Numbered from the stretch's first letter, positions 7,846-17,238 are shown. The stretch is 64,000 nucleotides of DNA from Candidatus Deferrimicrobiaceae bacterium (GCA_963792415.1 CAWBVY010000007.1:1-64000); one strand, 5' to 3'. The notes: generated from the letters alone by a model not told the origin. Translations and numbers: made by a program.

Positions 7846-8105
7846 CCCTCAAGGCGCGGTGAACTTCGGTGTGGCGTTCCGGTCGTTTGGTTACCTGACT
7901 TCCGACTGCAACCCCACTTCTTTTCGACGACGAGCAGAGCCAATCCCAGCCAAGCGAATCTTTTCAACTACACGCCAGCCGACGCGCCCTGCAGGAAAAG
8001 CGTAACAAGGTTATAAAACGGCTGTCAACGAAATTTTTCGCGGCCTTGTGGACTGCCTCCTTCACACCTCCCGGCCGCGGGGAGTCGGTCAGGCTCGTCA
8101 GACGT

Positions 8106-8798
8106 TCACGGCTTCCTGCCCCGGACGACGACGTAATCCCCCTTGTCGTACCCCTCGATCGGCTCCTCCACCGAGTCGTTGGAATACTTCGGGTGCCTCG
8201 TCAACGTCTGCACGTATTCCAGGTCGACGAATCCGGCCCTCTCCAGCAGGTCGGTTACCTCGCGGGTGGAGCACCAGGTCCCCTCCTCGATGAATTCGAT
8301 CGGGTAGGGATGTTCCGGCGAGATTTCCGGGTTGTACTTCCCTTTCACGGCCGCCAGATCGTACAGCATGGTGTACGAACCTTCCCCCGGCAGGAACGAC
8401 ACGACGACGTGACCGCCGCGTTTCAGGATCCGGTACGCTTCGGCGACGGCTTTCGGGCGGTCCTTCACGTAGCTCAGGATCGTGCCCAACAGCACGCCGT
8501 TGAACTGCTCGTCTCCATAGGGAACGTCTTCCGCCGATCCGATCCTCACGTCGATCCCCCGCCGTCTCGCCAGCCGGGCCATCGCCTCCGCGGGCTCCAC
8601 GCCGCGGCGAATGCCGTGCCTTTCCTCGAACAGCCCGGTTCCGCAACCGATGCTCACGGTGTTTTCGGGGTCCGTGAGGAAATGCTTCTCGGCCAGCAGT
8701 TCCGATTCGAAAACGTTCGCGTTCCGCGCGAACCAGGTGTCGAACGCCTCCGCCATGGCGTCGAAAGCCGAGGGGTGTTCCTTTTCCGTCGGACTCAT
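8106..8798 (-). CDS. Class I SAM-dependent methyltransferase
   Basis: 'VSIGCGTG', 'GSAEDVPYGDEQF' and 'EAYRILKRGG'. GGAGG RBS. Confidence 0.9.
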   Translation of the reverse strand: MSPTEKEHPSAFDAMAEAFDTWFARNANVFESELLAEKHFLTDPENTVSIGCGTGLFEERHGIRRGVEPAEAMARLARRRGIDVRIGSAEDVPYGDEQFNGVLLGTILSYVKDRPKAVAEAYRILKRGGHVVVSFLPGEGSYTMLYDLAAVKGKYNPEISPEHPYPIEFIEEGTWCSTREVTDLLERAGFVDLEYVQTLTRHPKYSNDSVEEPIEGYDKGDYVVVRGRKP

Positions 8799-8955
8799 GT
8801 CGCTACCTCCCGTCCAGGATCCGCTCGGCGACGATTGCCGGGCGGATACGTCGGGTTGACCGTGAGCCGAACCGCTGTCGAACCTACAGATATTTTATAC
8901 CCGGGGAAGCTTGCATTCGATATCTTCCGGGCGCGATGGAATCCCAGGTCCCTTC

Positions 8956-9160
8956 CCGTTTCGTCAACGATTTTCCGGGAAGCGAAGGCGCCGCCAGTGT
9001 CGAGGAGATCAGGATCATGATGATGCCCAGGGCGGACAACCTTGCCCACAGGCCGTCTTCCGCGAATCGCAGGATCTGCACGGCCAGCACCTCGGTTCCA
9101 GGCCGGGAGAGCACCACCGAAAGGGTCAGCTCGCGCAGGAACATGCTGGCCATGAGGATC
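8956..9160 (-). repeat. Diverged copy of the 3' end of the ABC permease gene (direct repeat with 14474-14681)
   Basis: Manual alignment gives about 8 substitutions plus one 3-nt indel over ~205 bp. It encodes 'MFLRELTLSVVLSRPGTEVLAVQILRFAEDGLW'. Confidence 0.93.
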
Positions 9161-9285
9161 AGGCCGATCCAACGGTTGAAGGAGAAGAGCAGGGCGGCGA
9201 CGCCGATCAGGGCGATGCCGTTCTGCCCGACCTGCACCAGCCCGTTCACGATGCGCGTCGGTCGATGAGGAGCTTCCTGCTGATC
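9161..9285 (-). pseudogene. Fragment of an ABC exporter-like transmembrane domain fused to the permease copy
   Basis: Reads 'QQEAPHRPTRIVNGLVQVGQNGIALIGVAALLFSFNRWIGL', which is unrelated to the permease at this position. It resembles the TMD of fused ABC exporters (recognition from memory). Confidence 0.45.
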
Positions 9286-9509
9286 TAAAACCGGGACCAG
9301 GACACCAGGGTGACGGTCGAAATCTCAGGCTCCCCATGCGGCGGTGGGGGATTTTACGCCATCCCTCTTCAGATCGTTGCTCTTCACGAGGAGCCGGGCG
9401 GGCGCAGGACGATCGCAGAGAAACGGGTGCGGGGGGGGGGATCTGCCGTAAGACTTCGTCCGCCGGGCCGATGTCGTGTGGTTCTGCATCCGGTGAAGGG
9501 AACGGAAGG

Positions 9510-9971
9510 TTACGGGGTGATGGTTACCGTTAGGGAGTCGGAGTAGGACCCCACGGACACGTCCTGACCGGCAGGGATCCGCCCATAGATGGTGGTGACC
9601 CTCGGGCGATTCTTTGTGACGTTCTTTAGGAAGATCGTCGACGTCCCCGGGGCCCCGTCCCCCCACACCGTGCTCCTCCCGGCGTTGACGAACAGGTTGT
9701 AGTTCAGCCGGTCCGGCGAAGAGGCGCTCCGCATCTGCCGAGGGATGAAGCCGCCGGAGGTCCCGCTGGGCCCGATCGCGATGATGACGTCGACCGGGGG
9801 CGCCTGGTCGCACGCAACGGTCACCGCCCCCATCGAGTCCAGCGGGGCGGACACGAAGACGTCGTAGGCGCCGAAGCTGACGCCGGACGTCGACACGGTG
9901 CAGGCGGCCCCCGCCTCGCTTCCCAGGAGAAGGCACAGAAGGGTTGCGAGCAATCTCAAGGAACTACTCAC
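9510..9971 (-). CDS. Spore coat U (SCPU) domain pilin-like protein, Csu-type chaperone-usher pilus
   Basis: Signal peptide, 'CTVSTSGVSFGAYD', 'LNYNLF' and 'IYGRIPAGQDVSVGSYSDSLTVTI'. Confidence 0.9.
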   Translation of the reverse strand: MSSSLRLLATLLCLLLGSEAGAACTVSTSGVSFGAYDVFVSAPLDSMGAVTVACDQAPPVDVIIAIGPSGTSGGFIPRQMRSASSPDRLNYNLFVNAGRSTVWGDGAPGTSTIFLKNVTKNRPRVTTIYGRIPAGQDVSVGSYSDSLTVTITP

Positions 9972-12357
9972 AGGCGATCCCTCCCAGGTCGACGATCGTC
10001 TCCTCCGCCTCCGGCACCCTCAACTCGACGGCGCACTTCCTTCCCTCGAATTCGAAGGTCGCGCCGTACGTACCGGACCGCAGGTTCTCGAGGTAGAACT
10101 CGCCGCCCTTCCCTGTCGGGAAGGAAAGCTCCTTCCCGTCCACCATCGTCCGGATCTCATGATACTCCACCGGCCGAATCCTTCCGTCCACAATCGCGTA
10201 CAGCTTCCCGGTGACGGCCCGGTATTTCCGCGCCTCGAACCGGATGACGGAGCCGCTCCGCAGGGGCGGGGACACAAGCCGGCTCACCTCTCCGAGCGAG
10301 TATTCCATCGGGACGTCCTTGTCCGCGATCGAGATCTGGTTCTCGACGTAGGAACCCATCTCGGGGACGAACACCCTCCCCCTCGCGTCCGTTCGCCCGA
10401 CCTCCTGGTTGTTCTGGTACACCCGGACCCCCGCGATGTTGTCCACCGTGACCAGGCCGAAGCTGTCGTTGATGGGCCGGCTCAGCCCGAAGGCCCCCCC
10501 CACGTAGGCGACCCCCCCGGCCGCGGAAAGGCGGTAGCTCTCCCGGTTCTCCCCCGGATCCGTGTAGTCCCCGACGTACTCCGCGCTGACGATCCCGCGC
10601 TTTGCGTTGTACTGGACGAACGGGTTCACGCTCGTGACGGATGCTTCGGGCGTATCCGTTTTCCCGCCCGAGAACCGGTACCCCCACCCTTCGCCCAACG
10701 GCTGGTTCTTCTGCGCCTGGACGGTGTAGCTGTTCGTGTCCTCCGTCCTGCGATAGCCGGCCGACAGCGAGGTGTCGGTCCACGGGTAATACGTCAACCC
10801 CGCGAAGAACTCGTTCATCGATGATTCCTGCCGGAGGTTCCTGTACGTCAATTGCAGGCTGAGGTTTCCGAAGAAGGTCCTCGAATAGCCCACAGACGCG
10901 ATCCGCTGGTCCTGCCCCACGTACTTCTCCCGCACGGCGTAATCCACCGAGAAATATCCCGCGACGCTCGTCCCGTACCCGACGCCCGCGCCGGCCTCGT
11001 AACGGAGCCGGTCCGACGACTCGGACTCCATGATCGTTGCATACTCCCGCGTCCGTCCCAGGAGGAAAAGGCGCGTCCCGAACTCCCGGTTCGTGTACTG
11101 GTGGCCCAATACGGCGGCTCCACCCCCCCCCCCTTCCTTCGCGGCGCTGCCCGACACGGACAGGAAGATCTGGCCGGCGGTCCTTGTCCCGTACGACGCC
11201 TGCGGTCCCGCGTTCACCAGGTCCGGGTCGCCCTCGCCCCGGAAACCGACCGTGAGGGAGTCGCTGAAGCCGTAGTCGTGGAACGCGGAAAAAGCCAGCG
11301 ACCCATACCGGTTGCTTTCCACCCCGAACTGCTCCCTCCGGAAGCCGAGGTTGTAGCTGTACGAGTGGAGACCTTCCCGCAGCAGGGTGTCGGTGAAGTA
11401 GTACGGGTGGGAGATTTTCTGCTCCCGGCCGAACGGGTCCCGGATCACGACCGAGATGTCCCGCATGCCACCGTAATAGACGAGGTTCCGCAGGTCGTAC
11501 TCCCCCGGAGCAAGCTTTTCCGACCGGATGCGATTCCCGTCGAGGTAGACCTCCGCGACGGACGGGTAGGCTACCTGGCCGGAGAAGCCGGCCATGGGGT
11601 AGTAGATGAAGTACGGGTCGATCCGGTACACCTTGGAGAAGCTGAATCCCCCGAGAAGCAGGTTGGATCCCAGGAGGCCCGACGACGCCTGGAAATCGCC
11701 GAGGACGGCCCGCTGCATCTCCGCGCGCCGGTCGTACGTCACGTTGCTCGTCAACCGGACGTACCGGTCCTCCGTCCGGGTATGCGCGTACGTGGAATCG
11801 GTGAAGAAGAGGTAATCCCCCGACCGGAACCCGATCTCGCCCGCCACGTCCAGCTCCTGGAATTCGAAGGAGCTCCCCGCCGAATACGACACCCCGTAGT
11901 TGAAGAATCCCCCGGTGTCCTTCGGGTAGTAGACGTTCTCATGCCGGCGGGGCAGGAGGTCGATGACCTGCTTCGGGAAGAGGGACGGCGCGGCGGACAG
12001 TTCGATGGTCATCGTTTCCTCGCGGAAGGCGAACGCAATCCCCGGAAGGGACCGGAGGGAAAGGAACGGCTCCCCACCGATCGTCCGCACCGGCGCGTCC
12101 GGGAGCGAAATGCCGAACGCCTTCAGCTCCTGCCTGCGCATCAGGAAATCGCCGTCCTCGAGGCGGAAGACGAGAAACTCCCCCTTCTTCTGCCCGTTCA
12201 GGAGGACGGACACGTAGAAGGAGTCCTCGCACCGGGGAGCCGGGGGGAAGAACGCGAGGATGCACAGCGGAAGAAGGAAGGCCGCCACGCGGAAGACGCC
12301 CCCCCACCACCGCGCCGCGACGGGCTTATTTCGTCGCGCACATCGACGGGTCAGCAA
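9964..12357 (-). CDS. Fimbrial outer-membrane usher protein
   Basis: ~800 aa beta-rich protein with 'GGFFNY', 'LGDF', 'VVIRDPFGRE', 'LSRPINDSFGLV' and 'GRTDARGRVFVP'. It lies between the pilin and chaperone genes. The exact start is uncertain. Confidence 0.92.
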   Translation of the reverse strand: MLTRRCARRNKPVAARWWGGVFRVAAFLLPLCILAFFPPAPRCEDSFYVSVLLNGQKKGEFLVFRLEDGDFLMRRQELKAFGISLPDAPVRTIGGEPFLSLRSLPGIAFAFREETMTIELSAAPSLFPKQVIDLLPRRHENVYYPKDTGGFFNYGVSYSAGSSFEFQELDVAGEIGFRSGDYLFFTDSTYAHTRTEDRYVRLTSNVTYDRRAEMQRAVLGDFQASSGLLGSNLLLGGFSFSKVYRIDPYFIYYPMAGFSGQVAYPSVAEVYLDGNRIRSEKLAPGEYDLRNLVYYGGMRDISVVIRDPFGREQKISHPYYFTDTLLREGLHSYSYNLGFRREQFGVESNRYGSLAFSAFHDYGFSDSLTVGFRGEGDPDLVNAGPQASYGTRTAGQIFLSVSGSAAKEGGGGGAAVLGHQYTNREFGTRLFLLGRTREYATIMESESSDRLRYEAGAGVGYGTSVAGYFSVDYAVREKYVGQDQRIASVGYSRTFFGNLSLQLTYRNLRQESSMNEFFAGLTYYPWTDTSLSAGYRRTEDTNSYTVQAQKNQPLGEGWGYRFSGGKTDTPEASVTSVNPFVQYNAKRGIVSAEYVGDYTDPGENRESYRLSAAGGVAYVGGAFGLSRPINDSFGLVTVDNIAGVRVYQNNQEVGRTDARGRVFVPEMGSYVENQISIADKDVPMEYSLGEVSRLVSPPLRSGSVIRFEARKYRAVTGKLYAIVDGRIRPVEYHEIRTMVDGKELSFPTGKGGEFYLENLRSGTYGATFEFEGRKCAVELRVPEAEETIVDLGGIACE

Positions 12358-13114
12358 CCAGGCTTCCGCGGAAGGAGAGGGTTTCGGTCCGGACCTCCAC
12401 GTCGACCCGTGCGATCCCCCGGCAGGCGTCCGCCGGGACTTCCGCCGTATGAACCCTTTGGGCGCCCGCCAGAAGGTACCACCCGCTCAACTCCTTCGTG
12501 AAGACGATCTTGCCCGCTCCGTCTTTCCCCTGCACAAGGACGGTGCGGACGCGGAGATGGACGTTTCCGGAGTTCTTCACTGCGCCGGTCACTACCCCGC
12601 CGGACATTGACAAGCCCGTGACCTCACCGAGAATCTCTTCCTTCAAAGGCTTCACGAAGATCGGGAGGCCGAAGCGGATGGCGATGGCGACGCGGGCCCC
12701 TTCCGCCTTTTTCGGCTCGGGGATCTCCTCGATGAAAAGCCGGTACGTTTTCTCCCTCGCCAAAGCGGGGGCCTTGATACCGGCGCGGAGGATCTTCTCC
12801 CCCTGCTTGTCGAAGATCATGATCCTCGGGAAGAAGAGGATGTCGCCCGTCTCCTCGTACCGGTCCTTCCCTTCCCCGTCCTGCGTCCACTCGAACGCCT
12901 TTATCTGGAGCTGCAGGCGTTCCTCCGACTCGTTGAAGACCGTCACGGCCCCGCTCTTCGCATCCCGGCCCAGGTCGAGGCGAATGGGGGCCACCCGCCA
13001 CTCCCCCGCGTAGCCGAGCCGGCAGGAAAGGAGAGCGGACAGGAACAGCAGCGCGACCTTGCGGTACGAAACGGACAAGGTTCGGCAACGTCGCATCGGG
13101 GAAGGTTTTTTCAT
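12326..13114 (-). CDS. Periplasmic pilus chaperone (PapD/CsuC-like)
   Basis: 'VAPIRLDL', 'ILFFPRI', 'REKTYRLFIEEIP', 'GLPIFVKP' and 'KNSGNVHLR'. Start trimmed to ATG 13114. Confidence 0.9.
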   Translation of the reverse strand: MKKPSPMRRCRTLSVSYRKVALLFLSALLSCRLGYAGEWRVAPIRLDLGRDAKSGAVTVFNESEERLQLQIKAFEWTQDGEGKDRYEETGDILFFPRIMIFDKQGEKILRAGIKAPALAREKTYRLFIEEIPEPKKAEGARVAIAIRFGLPIFVKPLKEEILGEVTGLSMSGGVVTGAVKNSGNVHLRVRTVLVQGKDGAGKIVFTKELSGWYLLAGAQRVHTAEVPADACRGIARVDVEVRTETLSFRGSLVADPSMCATK

Positions 13115-13245
13115 GGGGCCACTATACCAACTCGCAGATGCGGGTGTACACGAAAAGTCCTCGAAACGTATCGGATTCGCCTGCCACCACCCATATATCG
13201 GCAGCGCAACCGGAAAGGTTTGCCGGTATGGCCGGCCGCACCACG

Positions 13246-13755
13246 TCAGGGAAGGATCGAGAGCACCACGGTGTCGGTGTAGGTACCGGCGGAGGCGTTC
13301 TGGAAATCCGACCTGCGAATCGTCCCTGTGATCGTCAAGGTCTGGTTCGTGTTTTTCGGCACGGCGCCGGTGGCCGGGTTCAACGCGAGGAAGTAGGGAA
13401 GGAACTCCGAGGGAATCGTCCCGTTCTGCATCCTCGGGAATCCCCCGGTCCCGTGCAACCCGGCGTCGGCGACGGTCGCGAACACCGCGGTCCCCGCACT
13501 GCCACCGCAACGGAATCCGACCGTGGCGGTCGCCGTGGCGTCGCCCGGGCTCCCCGGATCGACGTTCCCGAAATTCAGTGCAAGACTTTTCGAATCGAAC
13601 CGGCAGACGCTCTTCGAGAGGACGGTGGCGGTCACGGACACCGCGGCGGTGCCTGCGGAGCGGGACACGGCCGGAAACAGGAGCAGCATGGCAGCGAAAA
13701 TGGCAGGGGCGGCCTTGCGACCGCCCCTGCCGGAATGTTTCCCGGATCGGTTCAT
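13246..13755 (-). CDS. SCPU-domain pilin subunit
   Basis: 'VSVTATVLSKSVCRF', 'LNFGNVDP' and 'AGTYTDTVVLSI'. Signal peptide present. Confidence 0.88.
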   Translation of the reverse strand: MNRSGKHSGRGGRKAAPAIFAAMLLLFPAVSRSAGTAAVSVTATVLSKSVCRFDSKSLALNFGNVDPGSPGDATATATVGFRCGGSAGTAVFATVADAGLHGTGGFPRMQNGTIPSEFLPYFLALNPATGAVPKNTNQTLTITGTIRRSDFQNASAGTYTDTVVLSILP

Positions 13756-13772
13756 TCTCCCGGGTTCAGTGC

Positions 13773-14231
13773 CTACGGATTAATCGTGAGGGTCACGAGG
13801 TCCGAGTAGTTTCCGGCCGACGCGTTCTGGTAATCAGTCCCTTTCACCGTGGACGCGATGTTCATCGTGAGGACACTTCCTGGCCCGGCACCGGTTCCCG
13901 TCGCAGTGTAGGTGAAGGTATACGGAATGTATTCGGTCAGGGAGGCGTGCATCATCCGGTGAGTCGTCCCGGATTCATGCAACCCAACATCGTCCGTAAT
14001 CGTATAGCTTGCTCCCTTTGTGCACCAGAATGTGGGTTGAGTAACGGCAGGGGCCTGGTCCGTACCAACCGTTGGATCCAGATTGCCGAAGGGAATGGAA
14101 CCACCGGCGGTAAATTTGCAGGTTCCCACTACCGTGGCGCTGACCGCCACCGTCGTGGTGTCCGTCGCCATCGCGGCTCCCGCCATCGTGACCAGCGCGA
14201 CAGCGATCACTGCCATCAGGACCTTCTTCAT
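13773..14231 (-). CDS. SCPU-domain major pilin (CsuA/B-like)
   Basis: Signal peptide 'MKKVLMAVIAVALVTMAGAAMA', then 'VSATVVGTCKF', 'FGNLDP', 'FWCTKG' and 'AGNYSDLVTLTINP'. Strong RBS; first gene of the operon. Confidence 0.92.
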   Translation of the reverse strand: MKKVLMAVIAVALVTMAGAAMATDTTTVAVSATVVGTCKFTAGGSIPFGNLDPTVGTDQAPAVTQPTFWCTKGASYTITDDVGLHESGTTHRMMHASLTEYIPYTFTYTATGTGAGPGSVLTMNIASTVKGTDYQNASAGNYSDLVTLTINP

Positions 14232-14289
14232 GCCTTCCTCCTCTTTTGGTGCCGGTCCGGCCTCTTCGGACCGGCGGCTGTTTTTTTAT

Positions 14290-14316
14290 CTATCGGCAAT
14301 TCCGACGGAATCTTTA
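14290..14316 (-). promoter_or_regulatory. sigma28 (FliA)-type promoter of pilus operon
   Basis: Minus strand TAAA-GATTCCGTCGGAATT(15)-GCCGATAG versus consensus TAAA-N15-GCCGATAA. Confidence 0.65.
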
Positions 14317-14318
14317 TT

Positions 14319-14334
14319 AGCAAAAGGCGTCCCA
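14319..14334 (-). promoter_or_regulatory. sigma54 (RpoN)-type -24/-12 promoter of pilus operon
   Basis: Minus strand TGGGACGCCTTTTGCT versus TGGCACG-N4-TTGCW. A second, weaker match CGGCACGTTACTGGCT is at 14344-14359. Confidence 0.6.
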
Positions 14335-14470
14335 AATATGTTCAGCCAGTAACGTGCCGGAACAATTACGGATCTGGACGCGCCGTTCCGAATTGGAATT
14401 CCAGGCGGATCCGTGCTTGTGGATGGGGCGCGCCATCTTTCCCTCTTCCTGCCACCTCTCCGGCCCCCGG

Positions 14471-16141
14471 TCACCGTTTCGTCAACGACTTTCCGAGAAG
14501 CGAAGCCGCCGCCGCCAGCGTCGAGGAGATCAGGATCATGATGATGCCCAGGGCGGACAACCTCCCCCACAGGCCGTCTTCCGCGAATCGCAGGATCTGC
14601 ACGGCCAGCACCTCGGTTCCCGGCCGGGAGAGCACCACCGAAAGGGTCAGCTCGCGCAGGAACATGCAGGCCATGAGGATCCATCCGGAGACGATCCCGG
14701 GGATCAGGAGCGGGATCACGATCCGGCGCAGCGTGGTGAAGGAACTCGCGCCGCAGACCTTGGAGGATTCCTCCAGGGCGCTGTGGATCTGGACGAACGC
14801 GCTGGAAAGCGGCCGGACCCCGTACGGCAGGTAGGCGGCGATGTATCCGATCAGGAGCGCCCAGATCGTCGCGTAGAGCGGCGTCCGGATGAAAAACCAC
14901 ATGAACCCCACCCCGATGACGATCCCCGGGAACGAGAAGGAGAGGAACGTCAGCGATTCCAGGATCCCGGACGCCGTCGTGCGCACCTTGACGATCACGT
15001 AGGCAACGAAGATCGACAGGATCACCCCGAGCGTGGCCCCGCCCAGGCCGAGCGTCAGGCTGTTCTTCAGGGAGAGCAGCGAGATCGGGTCCCGGAGCAC
15101 CTCCTCCCAGTTCTTCCAGTTCATGAGGGAAAACGCCTTCGCGTCGGGCACCATGACGTAGGGGAGCATGGAGGTGTAGAAGAGCACCAGCACCGGCAGC
15201 AGGATGAGCACGAACGAAAGCAGCCCGATGACGCCCAGCAACGGGTACTTCGACCGCTTCAGGTCGATCAGGGCGGGCTTGAATCCCCGGCTCGATACGG
15301 TGACGTACCGTTCGCTCTCCGAGGTCAGGTACCGGTACAGGTAGACGAGGAGGATCGACGCGACGAGGGCGCTCATCCCCACGGCGGCGGCGAGGCCGTA
15401 GTCGGCGGAGAACCCGGTGGCGATGATCCGGTAGATGTGGGTCGAAAGGACGTAGATCCTTCCCGGTGTGCCGATGACCGAGGGGACGGCGAAGGAGGCC
15501 AGGGCTTTGACGATGACGAGGATCACCGAGGCCAGCAGGGCGGGGCGCAGCACCGGAAGCGTCACCCGGGTGAGCGTGCGGAAATTGCCTGCCCCGCACG
15601 CACGGGAGGATTCCTCGAGCGAAACGTCGAAGGCGCTCATGGCGGGGGCGAGGATCAGGTAGGCGATCGGCATGTCCAGCAGCCCCTCCACGAGGATCAT
15701 TCCCTTCATCGAATAGATGTTGAAGAGCGCCTTCTCCAGGCCGAGGAGCCCCATCAGGTACCGGTTCAGGATCCCGTTGCTCGGGTTCAGGAGAAGGACC
15801 CAGCTGACCGAGAAAAGGATGTGCGGGATCATCATCGGGATGATGGAGATGATCCCGAAGAAGGACTTGAAGGGGATGTCGGTCCGGGTGTTCACGTAGG
15901 CGAGGAAGAGCGCGAGCAGCGTCGCGACGACGGCGGACCCCAGGGTGAAGATCGACGTATCCAGGAGGATGGCGGCGAGCTCCGGGTCGGTGTAGGCTTC
16001 GACGTACTTGGCGGTCGTGAAGCCCTGGAACGTGCCGAACCCTTCCGAAAAGGATCCGGCCGCCAGCATCAGCACGGGGCTGATCGTCAGGAGGCCGACG
16101 ATGACGATCAGTGCCGGGGTCAGGACGGGTTTTTTCCCCAT
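14471..16141 (-). CDS. ABC importer permease, FbpB/AfuB/ThiP-like (fused double permease)
   Basis: Two EAA-like loops ('LEESSRACGA', 'LEESSKVCGA') and about 12 TM helices. Confidence 0.92.
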   Translation of the reverse strand: MGKKPVLTPALIVIVGLLTISPVLMLAAGSFSEGFGTFQGFTTAKYVEAYTDPELAAILLDTSIFTLGSAVVATLLALFLAYVNTRTDIPFKSFFGIISIIPMMIPHILFSVSWVLLLNPSNGILNRYLMGLLGLEKALFNIYSMKGMILVEGLLDMPIAYLILAPAMSAFDVSLEESSRACGAGNFRTLTRVTLPVLRPALLASVILVIVKALASFAVPSVIGTPGRIYVLSTHIYRIIATGFSADYGLAAAVGMSALVASILLVYLYRYLTSESERYVTVSSRGFKPALIDLKRSKYPLLGVIGLLSFVLILLPVLVLFYTSMLPYVMVPDAKAFSLMNWKNWEEVLRDPISLLSLKNSLTLGLGGATLGVILSIFVAYVIVKVRTTASGILESLTFLSFSFPGIVIGVGFMWFFIRTPLYATIWALLIGYIAAYLPYGVRPLSSAFVQIHSALEESSKVCGASSFTTLRRIVIPLLIPGIVSGWILMACMFLRELTLSVVLSRPGTEVLAVQILRFAEDGLWGRLSALGIIMILISSTLAAAASLLGKSLTKR

Positions 16142-16149
16142 GACGGCGC

Positions 16150-17238
16150 CTACGCGGGCAGGAGGAAGCAGTGGTCGGGATCGAAGGCGATGCGGAGGTC
16201 GCCCCCTTCCACGAGGTCGACGGTGGGGGGGATCGTGGTGGTGACCAGCGTGTCGCCGATCCGGATCTCGCCCTCATAGGCTTCGCCGATGAAGAGGAGC
16301 GTCTCGATCTTTCCGCGGAAGAGGTTCCTGTCCCCCTCCGCTCCGGTCACCGCGGTCCGTATGAACTCGGGGCGGACGCACAGCACCGCCTCCGTGCCGG
16401 GCTCGATCCCCTGGGGGTTCAGGCCGACGATCGCGCCGATACCCGTTTCGATGACGGCGTGGGACCCTTCGAGCGCCGCGACTTTTCCCGGGATGAGGTT
16501 GGCGCGGCCGATGAAATCCGCCACGAACCGGTCGCCGGAACGGAAATAGATCTTTTTGGGATCCCCCGTCTCCACGATCTTTCCGGCCCGCATGATCGCG
16601 ATCAGGTCCGAGAGGGCCAGCGCCTCGACCCGGTCGTGGGTCACGTAGACCGCGGTGATGTCCAGCCCGGAGAGAAACGTGCGCAGCTCCTTCCGGGTCT
16701 CTTCCCGGAGCTTGGCGTCGAGGTTGCTCAGCGGCTCGTCGAAGAGAATGACCTTGGGCTCGGCGACCAGGGCCCGCGCAAGGGCAACGCGCTGCTGCTG
16801 CCCTCCGCTGAGCTTGGTCGCGGGACGGTTTTCGAATCCCGCGAGCTGCACGAACTCGAGAAACCTGGCCACGCGGGTCCGGATCTCCTTCATCGGGACG
16901 TTCCGGCATTGCAGGGGGTAGGCCACGTTCTCGAAAACGGTCATGTGCGGCCAGATCGCGTACGTCTGGAAGACCATGCCGAGCCCCCGTTTCTCCGGAG
17001 GCACGAAGATCCCCTTCCCGCTCGACCAGACGATCTCGTCCCCGATGGCGATCTCGCCGGCGTCGGGGGTCTCCAGCCCCACGATGCAGCGCAGCAGCGT
17101 CGTCTTGCCGCAGCCGCTGGGGCCCAGGAGGGTGAAGATCCGGTTGGCGGGTATGGTGAGGTCGACGTGGTCCAGGGCCCGGATCCGCTTCCCCTCCGAG
17201 TGGTAGTCCCTGGTCAATCCCCGGATCCGTATCTCCAT
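16150..17238 (-). CDS. ABC importer ATP-binding protein (FbpC/PotA-like, TOBE domain)
   Basis: GPSGCGKT, LSGGQQQRVALARAL, FDEPLSNLD and YVTHD motifs. Start ATG 17238 (MEIRIRG). Confidence 0.95.
   Translation of the reverse strand: MEIRIRGLTRDYHSEGKRIRALDHVDLTIPANRIFTLLGPSGCGKTTLLRCIVGLETPDAGEIAIGDEIVWSSGKGIFVPPEKRGLGMVFQTYAIWPHMTVFENVAYPLQCRNVPMKEIRTRVARFLEFVQLAGFENRPATKLSGGQQQRVALARALVAEPKVILFDEPLSNLDAKLREETRKELRTFLSGLDITAVYVTHDRVEALALSDLIAIMRAGKIVETGDPKKIYFRSGDRFVADFIGRANLIPGKVAALEGSHAVIETGIGAIVGLNPQGIEPGTEAVLCVRPEFIRTAVTGAEGDRNLFRGKIETLLFIGEAYEGEIRIGDTLVTTTIPPTVDLVEGGDLRIAFDPDHCFLLPA

Noticed and set aside
8884-9249. 121-aa ORF as a real permease gene
   Set aside because: A chimera of two gene fragments, too short for a permease.
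9431-9440. Other poly-G runs (9431-9440, 7792-7800, 47267-47275)
   Set aside because: Intergenic or in housekeeping radA with no evident switch logic. They show that G runs are part of the background.
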